Assembly (NCBI GenBank): GCA_964199315.1 | Contig: OZ116699.1 | Coordinates: 2,046,001 to 2,110,000 of the forward strand | DNA length: 64,000 nucleotides | From: Orbicella franksi | Lineage: Eukaryota | Direction: 5' to 3' | Shown here: positions 53,801 to 64,000 of the stretch, piece by piece | Layout of the letters: each line of letters opens with the position of its first letter | Position numbering within the stretch: the first letter of the stretch is position 1 | Notes under the pieces: model-generated | What the model was told of the DNA's origin: nothing | Database searches by the model: none | What the model saw: only the letters and a program-made list of their open reading frames with translations | Made by a program: the position numbers and the translations under genes

Positions 53801-56800
53801 GTAAATTGAAAAACGGTGAAGAGATGCACTAAATAAGTCACACGCAGAAAGTAATACATTACGATACAGTTCTCCAAAATATGTATCAAATACATTATAT
53901 ATGAAAGGCAAATACACTCGAAAATTAGGATTTGAAATAGTTTTTACAAACGAATAAGGGATCAATTTCAATTTGACACCAACTCGAGTGCAAGTTTTAT
54001 AATTTTGTCAGGCCTAAAGTAAAAGTGTTTTGGAACAGCATACTCTAAAATAATTTGGTGGCAGGCTGTTACGTCATATTCCCCGACAACCGCCGAGTGT
54101 GTCTGAAGTCGTAATGACAAGGAGGCGTCTCAGTGAATTGGCTTCGCTGTAAAATCGCAATGAATGTAGATAAGTTATCAATAGCTAGGGAGGCCACCAA
54201 TTGTTGTAAAAATTCCTCAGGCCAGCAAGCACTTTCGAGAGTCGCTTCATTCAGGAGCGTTAATCTCAGGACTTTTTTGGACGTCATACAAATTTGTTTT
54301 ATTCTCCAGCTATTTCGATTGTACTTGTCTAAGATGAATTTAATTGTTTCAGTTATTCCTTGTAGGTGTTTTAGGCTTTAGGACGGAAGCGGTTGTCCTT
54401 GTAGCAAGAAGGAAAACAAATGTCTCAAATATCTCTACGTAAGGCTTACATCATTGAAACTGCATAAAACGGTATTGATAACAAATACTACAGTTTTCTA
54501 AGAATATGAAGGTTTATAATAACTGCTTGTCCTATTTCGGATATTAAATCTTGGAGGCAAGGAGGAAACAGTTTTGAGGAGGACTGTATCACGCTAGCTA
54601 GCATTTGACCACTAGAGCCAAAAGTGGATGTAACTACACTAACCAGAGTCAATTTAGCTTTCAGCACGTTGGTCGTTTAATGCGTTTAATTACCACGATG
54701 GACAACTACAACCCTTTAACGATATCAATACGGATAACTAGGAAATTCACTGGATTTGATAGGAAATTTTTTTGTTTGGAATGTTATTCCAATGTTGATA
54801 TCTCTGAGAGAAATTCTCTTAGATAAAATTCAAATTATTGACCGTAAGTCTGCCGCAACCTTGAAGAGACATGTCCTCATGCACGTCCAAACTGGTTATA
54901 TTGCACAAGGAAAACACTTTAATCTAACAACGCTTTGGTTCCATATTATATCGGCCTTCCTTACATGAATAGCTCTGATTGTAAGGCCCGGGTTCGAATT
55001 CGCAGTAATTAACCTATGTTAACCCCATCTAAATTTATGCCATCTTCAGAAGAGTAATCAAGTAGATTGTTCAGAATTGCCCATCGAGCACATCGAACAT
55101 ACACGGCAAATACCCTCAAAAACTTGTGAATGGTTCAAGACACGTTGAATCTCTTTTCTTTACAACTTCTAATTTATATTTCATTTTGCTTTTGTTAAGT
55201 TATCGTTAACTTTGAATCCTTCTTTTTGAAGAATGATTTTCAGCACGTTATCAGTTGGTGTTACAAGATCTATGTCGTCATACTACCGTAAAACTCGACA
55301 CTTACGATGTAAGGTACAGTGCGCCCAGCAATTGCTTAAAATACTTAATGAAACACAAGATAGCTACCCTGTTAGTAAATGATGTTTCGACAAACTGGGC
55401 GGAAGTCATCTTCAGTGTCAAGTGCATAGTGTTTGACAATCGATAGTGTTACAAGTCCGGTTCTTTGAAACTGATTGGTCCTTTTAGCTGGGATGGTATT
55501 AGCTGTACGCGTTAAAAATCATCAACAGTCATTAGTCAATTCTATAAGTCTTGATTCGTCTATTTTCAGTCAAATTAAGTCGTTTCCTTTTACGTGACTT
55601 CCTCGGTCTTGTTTATGTCTCCAATAACAAAAATATTAAGGACATTCGAGGTACTTCTCTCGAATAGTTGGACACGGCCACATGAAAGCTTACTTAACGT
55701 ATTTTATTAAAAAGAAATGGGATTTCATTTTTTTTCCCTTGCCATATATTATGTTTGTGATCATTAACCTCTCCTGTGGCTGAAGCTGTCCTTTTAAGCG
55801 ACAAAGGACAATGGAGGAATAATAAGATTATAGAGTTTTAGAATATTGTTCGTAAAATGTAAGGGAAATTTGGTTTATTCCGTTACGTTTGCAAACGGTG
55901 TACTGACCGGAAGGCAGCTTTATGCTGTCAAGCCAGGGCGGAAACCTGCTGACGAGAATGATTTGTTCCCTTTGAACAAGAAGACAACTAAGAGAAAAAC
56001 TATGCTCACCACAACCGGGAAAGTAACGGCATCCGGGAACATTGAGAACACAAAGACTATGTTGATGTAATGAACAATGAGTCAGGATTAAAAGAAAGTC
56101 CGTGGTAAGGAGGACTGGGGACTAATCCAAGTTCAAAATAGAAAATCCAACAGTGAGTCAGGAGTTTTGATAGCAAATAATTGTTCAACATAATTAAGGT
56201 GGGCAAGCTCTGAGTGTCGCTTCTATCCATCGTCGCACCCTTTGGACAACTGTTGATGAATAATTTCCGTAGATTATCTCTGTATCGCATGGTTTTGGCC
56301 TGAAACCGAAGAGCATCTTAAAAAAGGAAGCACGGTAGCGAAGTGAGGAAGAGCAAGACAGTAAAGTGAGATACTTTTATCGCTAGCGGGAAAAATTAAA
56401 AGATAATGAGGATGCCGGCATACACGAGGCTCGCCTCGACATCTTGTGAGTCTTTGCAAAACTTTCCCAGTTTGTTGATTATATTTTATTTTCCTGTTGG
56501 TGGGTCTCATCAATTTTGTATTAGCGATCGTAGATTTCTTGAACTTTTTATTTCCCACAAGAAAAGCGCAGTAATAAAATCTCGTCAATAGCAATCTTCA
56601 AATATCAATTACAAACACACACACACACAAAATAATATTATTATATTTACATACTTTTCGTGGCTGGAGTAAGCCAAATACTGAGTTTGATTGATAAACT
56701 GAAAAACGGTGGCGAAGGGATCCACCAAATAGCTACTACGCAGAAATTACTAGAAAATATCCACTAAATACATTATGAAAGGCAGATACACTGAAAAATT

Positions 56801-57560
56801 GGGATTTGAAATAGCTTTTACGAACGAATATGCCATGCGATTTTAAATCTACACCAACTCGAGTGCAAGGCTTGTCATCTTTTTGGATTTAAAGTAAGAA
56901 ATGTTTTGGAACAATATACTCGAAAATAATTTGGTGGCACCGACGTTGCGCGCAACACCAGGTAGTGACGTCATATTACCCGTCAACCGCGGAGTAAAGT
57001 GTCTGAAGTGTGTCTGAAATCGTGATAACAAAGAGGCCTCTCAGTGGATTGTCTTCGCTGTAAAACGCAATGAATGTAGATAGGTTATCAATAGCTAGGG
57101 AGGCCACCAACTGTTCTAAAAATTCCTCACGCATGCACTTTCAAGAGTCGTGTCCTTTAGAACAGTTCATCCCAGGCATTTATGGACGTCATAATGTTTG
57201 ACCAGTTTATTCTCCAGCTATTCCGGTTCCACTTGTCCGAGATGAATCTAACTGTTTCACATATTCCTTGTAGGTGTTTCAGGCTCTGAGAAGGAAAGTG
57301 TTGTCCTTGTAGCAAGAAGGAAAACTTTTGAAAAGTCTTACGTATCTCTACTTCGCGCTTACGTCATTGAAACTGCATAAAACGGAATTGATAACAAATA
57401 CTGCAGTTTTATAAGAATATGAGGGTTTATAATACCTGCTTGTGTTATTTCTGATTGCATCTTAGACGCAAGGAAGAAATAGTTTTGTAGAGCACCGTAT
57501 CATTCTAGCTAGCATTTGACAACTATAGCCAATAGTGGCTGTATCTTTTTCTAGAGAAAT
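41893..57560. repeat. Near-identical tandem duplication of ~7.83 kb (copy A 41893-49736, copy B 49739-57560)
   Basis: The ORF track repeats with offsets of 7826-7843 (e.g. 44735/52561, 48020/55846). The junction reads ...CTTTTTCTAGAGAAAT-AT-AACGCAATATAAG. The same AACGCAATATAAG starts at 41893 and the same CTAGAGAAAT ends at 57560. Confidence 0.95.
47554..47594 (-). mobile_element. Penelope-type pLTR relic with a decayed hammerhead core (further copies at 55380-55420, 58375-58418, 60489-60534)
   Basis: The minus strand reads GACA-CTGAAGA-T-GAC-TTCCGCCCAGTTT-GTC-GAAACATC. The other copies carry core mutations (CTGAAGG, CCGAAGG, GGAA). Confidence 0.6.
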
Positions 57561-60500
57561 CATTGCTAAAATTTTTCTAGCTTTCATTCGCATTCGTTCT
57601 TAGTAAGTTGGGCATGAGATGCGCATCAATCCTGATTAATTCACAACTACAATTTTTTGATAAGTTAATAAAGATGGTGAATTTTACAATTTTTTGTTAC
57701 GAAATCAATACAGATAACCGGGCAAATCACTTGATTTAATACGATTTTGGGGGGCTCCTTAACTTGTATTTAATGTTGAATGTTAATCCAATGTTGATAT
57801 CTCTGCGTGAACGTCTTTTAGATAAAATTCCAATTATTGACCGTAAGTCTGCCACAATCTTAAAGACACATGTCTTCATACACGTCGAAACTGGTTATAT
57901 TGCATAAGGAAAAACACTTTAATCTAACAACGCTTTGGTTTAATGTTATATCGGCCTTCCCTACATAAATAGTTCTGATTGTAAGGCCCGGCTTTGAAAT
58001 TGCAGTAATTAGCCCATTTTAACGCCATCTAAATTTATGCCATCTTCAGGAGAGTAATCAAGTAGATTGTTCAGAATTGTCTATCATTGAGCACATCGAT
58101 CATACATGGTAAATACCCTCAAAAATTTGTGAATGGATCGAGACACGTTAAATTTCTTTTTTTTTCCAACTTCTAAGTTATATTTTAAGTTGTTATTTTC
58201 ACATTACTATTAACTTTGAAGTCTCGTTTTTGAAGAATGATTTTCAGCACGTTATCAATTGATGTTACAAGATCTATGACGTCGTACTACCGTAAGATTT
58301 GAAACTCACAATAAAAGGTGTGCCCAATAATTGCTTAAAAATACTTAATTAAACACAAAATAGTTATCGTTGGTAACTGATGTTCCGACATCCAGGGCGG
58401 ACGTAACCTTCAGTGTCAAGTGTATAGTGTCTGACAATCGTTAGTGTATGTCATAAGTCCGGTTCTTTGGAACCACCCTGATTGGTCAGTTTAGCCGTCA
58501 TGGTTTTGCTGTAAAATACTCATGTTTGTCAATAGTGATTAGTCGGCTCTATAATTCTCGATTCGTTTATTTTTAGCCTTTGAGGTCCCTTCGTTGGTCT
58601 TGTTTATGTCTCCAATAAGAAAAATTTAAATAAATTCAAGGTACTTTACTTGAGCAGTTGGATGGCCAAATGCAAAGCTTACTCGACAGTCTGGTCGACA
58701 GTTTGGTTAGTGTTACGGTCCAAATAGTCATATTTAGCTGGCAATCAACTGGTATTAATTCCTGAATGGATTTGGGAGAACTTAAATTACGAGAAATGGA
58801 CTGTCAGTAATTATAACTTTATTTTTAGGAAAACGAGCATGACTAAAAGCACGCGTAACATTATTAAGGATCAATAATTTAAGTAAGAAGACAATTTTGC
58901 ATCTGCCACAGGAATACGTTTTCTTCTAGAACATAGTGTATTAGTGAAAGCGTTTTTTTTCGAAACCTCAATGCAACCAGAGGAAGGTTTCTCCCACGTG
59001 ATATTCAATACAAAAATATACCCAGTTATGATACTTTGATTGACGTCATGTAAATACTTCTCAAAAACGTGACTAAAAGTTTTCCACATGTGCCTTCATG
59101 TTCATTCAGATGACGGCAGCTTTGCAAAACTGTTGACAGCTATTAATATCACAGAAATGGCTACATCATGAAACAAACGATAATGCTTTGTCATAATTGC
59201 ATCCCACCACAGTGAACAGTTAACGTTATAAGCTTTTTGACGATATTTTAATTTTCTACATTTAGTTTTCCCATAAAGTAAATTCCCATAAAATGTAATA
59301 ACTGCAATTCAAGTTTGTGTGCACTTCTTTAGCCTATACTATATCTTATGTCCAGAAACATTATTGACGTTGTCTACAAAACAAAAGTAGCCAATTTCCT
59401 TCTCATCATAAAGCACGTTTTATCATTTTCAAAACAGACACTAAAAAAGCAATAAAACAAATAAACAAACAAACAAACACGATCATGGAACTTATCAGAT
59501 TGTTTGTTTACATCTGTTAAAAGCAAATACCGCTTTATTGCTTTGTTACCCAACAAAGTGAGGTGAATCGAAATTCATTACGAATCGATCACTCTCCAGT
59601 TATTAAGGCGATATAGTTTATGTTGCTTCCATATAACGTTCAGGTTCTCCTGCCAAAGTAACAGAACTCAAGCGCCTGTCCTTATTAGGATGTCACGTGA
59701 TATTCATCCCAAAGGCACGTATTTGAACTGTTAACTTGGATGGTGGCATATGTTCTTAGGCTTTGGAATATTTGTTTATTGTTGACAAGCATATCTGTTG
59801 ATCCATAACCAAATATTGCAAAGCCAAAAAAACTAAAACTAAACTTTGTAACTGTTTACGACTGGTTACGTCAGTTCCTTTGAACTAAATCACGGTTCTG
59901 AAAGGTGTCCATGGCATGTCGCATCTAGGACAAGAAGTCCTGCCGGATGAAAGAAATATTCAGGTTAACTGCTACAACTTAAAGTTATCTGAATTGCAGG
60001 GCATAATACAAGAAAGTTTTTTCTCGGGAGGACGCCTTGGTCCTATGTTATATCGGCCTTCCTTACATGGATGGTTCTGATTGTAAGGCCCGACTTTGAA
60101 TTTGCAGTAAGTAACCCGGATTTAGAAGACATAATGTTCACGCTATCTAAATTTATGCCATCTTCAGGAGAGTAATCAAGAAGATTGTTCAGAATTGCCT
60201 ATCAATGAGCACATCGATCATACATGGTAAATACCCTCAAAAATTGTGAATGGATCGAGACACGTTGAATTTCTTTTCTTTCCAACTTCTAATTTATATT
60301 TTGTGTTGCTATTTTTACATAATTATTAACTTTGAAGTCTTCTTCTTGAAGAATGATTTAAGCACGTTTCAGTAGGTGTTACAAGATCTATGACGTCATA
60401 CTACTGTGATTCTCGAAACTCACAATAGAAGGTGTGCTTAGTAATTGCGTAAAAATACTCAATTAAACACAAAATAATTATCGTTGGTAACTGATGTTTC

Positions 60501-62282
60501 GACAACCCGGGCGGAAGTCACCTTCGGTGTCAAGTGTTCAGTGACAGACAATCGATAGTGATATAGGTCCGGTTCTTTGAAACTGATTGGTCAGTTAAGC
60601 CGTGATGGTATTAGCTGTAGAACTCGTTAAGTTTGTCAACAGTGATTAGTCAGCTCTATAAGTTTCGATTCGTCTATTTTTAGTTAAATTAAATCGTTTT
60701 GTTGGTCTACTCTGTGTCCCGAGTAGGAATGTATTAAAATCGTTCAAAGTATTTTACTCGAGCAGTTAGAAAGGGCCATTTGCAAAGCTTATCAGCTAAA
60801 CGTATTTATTAAAAAAATGGGGTTTCATTATAATTCCCTTCCCCCACTGGTATGATGCGGAGTGATATTGAACCTCTCTCGTGCCTACAGCTGACCCGGA
60901 AAGTGACAAAGAGCAACGAAATAAAAATAAAATAAGATTACAGGTTCTAACTTAGAATATTCGTAAAATAAGAGTGGAATGTGGTTAATGCTCTGAGACG
61001 TTTTAACTCGTGATTTTCGCAGGATACGTTTGCAAACGGTGTACAACGGATTCTCAGATTTCCGATTTTTTATTACTTTGCACTACTCCCTCTATTGTTA
61101 TCGGAAGGCAGCTTTCTGCTGTCTAGCCAGGGCGGATATTTGCTGACGAGGATGATTTGTTCGCTTTGAACAACAATGCAACCAAAGGCAAAGCTATGCT
61201 TACCACAACCGGGAAAATAACAGTATCCGGGAACAATGAACCCACAAAAATTGTGTTGATCTAATGAACAATAAGTCAGGATTAAAAACAATCCATGGGG
61301 ACGATGACTGGGGACAAATCCAAGTTCAAAATAGAAAATCCAACAGTGAGTCAGGAGTTTTGATGGAAAACCTCGCTCAACATAATTAAACTGGGTCATT
61401 ACTTTACCATTATAGTTAACCGCAACATCGAAAAAGGCCGCACTATTACAGGTAATGAGTCAGGAAAATGAAACGAGAGTGAAGCAAATGTTATCGGCCA
61501 AATAAAGGAGTTTCAAGAAGTTGCACGAAGTACGTATCTTTTTAGGTTAAACCAAAGTTACCGTATCTGTTAGGTTCAACTTAACGAAGTCATCACCATA
61601 AGTTAACCGAAATTTTGGCTAGACCGCTTAGGAGGTTACCCGAATATCTCGAAGAAAAACGAACTTTTCGGATAGCTTTCATGCTGTGGAAAATGAGGCA
61701 GTAAACGGCCGTCCTCGATCTTTTGACCCTGGTCAGTTTCCTCTGACAACGACTCTGTTTTTGTTATACTTATGAAAGCTCCGGATACGTTGATCTTAAT
61801 CTAAGGACCAAACAGTGCATGCAGCTGAGTTTCGATACCCCACTGATTGCGATATACAAAGCGTTTGATTAAGAAAAACTCGGAAAATAAACAAATTAAA
61901 ATCTAGTCACAACGAGATTCGGATCACATTATCCTTCCTATGACAACGCAAAGTTGATAACTATAACTAATAATTAATGCTGGTCACAGAGTTATGTTCA
62001 ACCGGCTAGTCACCTAACCTGGCGTAGATTATTCTCTATCAAATCAAAATCTAAAACCAGAACATGTATCTACAATGGTTTCTAGCCTTTGAAATGATTA
62101 CTTCTGCAAACGGAATAACAAAAATGATAACGCCAGACTTCAAAGCTTTTAACTTTGCTAAAGAAACAAGAGGAAGAAGACTCAATGGAAGCGTTATTAG
62201 AGAAATGGAAGTGGAAGTGGATTCGGAAGGTTCTTAAATTTGGACAGGTTTAAATTTGCGAAACATGTTGGACAGGTTAAAA

Positions 62283-62329
62283 TTTGCAAAACCTGTTTCG
62301 GATGACCAACATCCATCTTCAGTTGCAAA
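62283..62329 (-). ncRNA. Minimal type I hammerhead ribozyme motif, minus-strand copy
   Basis: The minus strand reads TTTGCAA-CTGAAGA-T-GGATG-TTGGT-CATCC-GAA-ACAGGT-T-TTGCAAA: perfect 7-bp stem I, perfect 5-bp stem II and intact core. Confidence 0.65.
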
Positions 62330-62462
62330 TACAAATGAACCGCTAGTCGGTGTGATATAAAAGCGAACTTTCATAGAAAATATGAATACTAAATAACAAC
62401 ATAAATATGAAGAACTAGAAAATACAATGGTTTTTTATCACACCGTCTAGCTGTTCATTTGT

Positions 62463-62509
62463 ATTACAACTGAAGATGGATGTTGGTCATCCGAAACATG
62501 TTTTGCAAA
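62463..62509 (+). ncRNA. Minimal type I hammerhead ribozyme motif, plus-strand copy
   Basis: ATTACAA-CTGAAGA(62470-62476)-T-GGATG-TTGGT-CATCC-GAA-ACATGT-T-TTGCAAA: intact core, perfect stem II, palindromic ACATGT in place of stem III and one mismatch in stem I. Confidence 0.65.
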
Positions 62510-62548
62510 TTTAAACCTGTGTGTTTTTATCTCAAAATTTTATTTTAG

Positions 62549-62763
62549 TGGTATGCAGTTTTCTACGAATGATAACGACAATGACGAAAAGTCGGCTGGC
62601 AGCTGTGCACAATATCACAGAGGAGCTTGGTGGTACAGAAGTTGCCACCGGTCAAATCTTAACGGTTAACACCTGAACGGACCACATTCTTCCCGTGCTG
62701 AGGCTTTCGAGGCTTCAGGTATTAACTAAAACGTACTGAGATGAAGGTTAACACCAAATCATG
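62549..62763 (+). pseudogene. Pseudogenised terminal exon of a fibrinogen-related domain (FReD; ficolin/MFAP4/angiopoietin-like)
   Basis: After a TTTTAG acceptor: GMQFSTNDNDNDEKSAGSCAQYHRGAWWYRSCHRSNLNG*HLNGPHSSRA, then a frameshifting deletion, then FRGFRY*LKRTEMKV. The FST.D.DND, C..GAWWY..CH.SNLNG and EMK motifs are diagnostic. Two premature stops. Confidence 0.85.
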
Positions 62764-64000
62764 AATCTCTGGATCTAGGATCATCCAACATCCCGACAAG
62801 GAAACATCATGTACAACTGTGAAATCAACCGCAAATGCGTTCAAATTGACACCGTCAGTAAATATATAAATAAAAGTGACACCTTTAAAAACAGCACTCT
62901 TTTTAAGGGGTTCAGTGAAAGATGGACTTACTCTTTGTGACAAGTGTCTAGAAGTTACATTTCACAACTGTGGTAAAATGTGCTCTCGCTTATTTCTTAC
63001 ATTATTTATAACATTTGTTTACAAAAAACCAAACAAAAATCAAAAAGTAGTAGAAGACAGAAACGAGTGTTATGTTCGTGGGAATAGGAGGTGTAGCGAG
63101 ATGTAAGCTGGAGGGATTGTTTTCTATTTCTTTTATAAATCACTTAGAGGAGATCTAGAAGAAATGAGAATTACTCCTTTGTTGTGATTATCAACGAAAC
63201 TCTTGCATGATCAGCTCAACATAATTTCTCCTCTGTTTAGTGCATGTATCAGTGTGATCTCGAGATGTCTTTGAGGTGGTTGTCATGAGGTTACACTCAT
63301 AACTTGAAGATTTTGCTGAATTTTTAGCTCTTGAGTGGAATTCACAGAGCCAAAAAATTAAACCATATCTGAAGTATAAGATATAAAAGGCACACTAGCC
63401 TCATTAATTACCAGTTGATCTCAAACACACCCAGAGTACTTTGTAGTCTTATGTGCAACATCTTGGAGCATTATCTACCTTTCTGTGTCAATTCTGTCTC
63501 AGGGGAGAAGAAATGCAATATTTATCAAACGTAATTTTAAAAAAATGTCAGGTAAATATATAGTTCTGTGGTAGTGCAGTATTTTATACATGTAATAGTT
63601 GTGCCACACCTTATTTTAGATCAAGAGCTATTTAGCTCGATTATGACATAAAAACTGCGGCGCAACATGATTCTAAAGAAATAAATTCCAGTGATACTTG
63701 GCTGTTTTCCCCCAGGGGAGGGAAAGGGAACACTCTCATGTAGCCCCCACCCCCCCTCCCCCCATTAGACTAACCTGGCCGATGTTTGACATCATTCTCT
63801 TTTTCACCAGTGTAAAAGATGGGATTCTACCATCGAGAGATGAGGTTTTACGTTACAGTTTTATGTATTGATATCCACACAAAAACTACCAAGCTACCAC
63901 AAAAAAAAATTATTAGACCGGAAAAATCATGATTGCACTCCTTTCAAGATGGCGGCCATATTAGACTTACATGGCTGTTGTTTGACATCAACCTCTTTTC

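Larger units (their letters stand above)
40990..61380. repeat. Older nested array of diverged blocks underlying the recent duplication
   Basis: Homologous blocks aligned by eye: ~40990-42310 with ~58690-60005; ~45580-46800 with ~48420-49730; ~46900-47860 with ~57780-58680 and ~60050-60790; ~47870-48340 with ~60800-61360. Confidence 0.8.

Noticed and set aside
63945-63960. CAAGATGGCGGC YY1-like / start-of-gene motif
   Set aside because: It is a single short motif with no downstream ORF or splice support within the window.
1-64000. Prokaryotic systems (CRISPR arrays, operons, defence islands)
   Set aside because: The DNA is spliceosomal-intron-rich and eukaryotic, with no regularly spaced repeat-spacer array and no dense ORF runs.

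Overview
Eukaryotic, AT-rich, intron-containing genomic DNA. The gene content and repeat families suggest a cnidarian, probably a scleractinian coral (inference, not verified). The first ~39.5 kb holds a cluster of PX-domain/SH3-domain adaptor genes of the p47phox(NCF1)/NOXO1/Tks4-Tks5(SH3PXD2) family. I reconstructed their exons by hand from GT-AG sites and reading phase. Gene 1 (+, 5'-truncated) has 4 visible SH3 domains and an internally duplicated two-exon module. Gene 2 (+) is complete, PX+4 SH3, ~948 aa. Gene 3 (-) is PX+3 SH3, ~618 aa. Gene 4 (-) is PX+1 SH3 and can splice in frame into gene 3, which would give an unusual PX-SH3-PX-SH3-SH3-SH3 protein of ~1060 aa. Introns carry a LINE RT fragment, MITEs, tRNA-derived SINEs, a piggyBac-like relic and Penelope-like relics. 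From ~41 to 61.4 kb lies a gene-poor nested repeat array that includes a near-identical ~7.83 kb tandem duplication. Near 62.3-62.5 kb is an inverted pair of minimal hammerhead-ribozyme motifs, followed by a pseudogenised fibrinogen-domain exon. Most ORFs in the supplied track are spurious or are exon fragments. No database searches were run.
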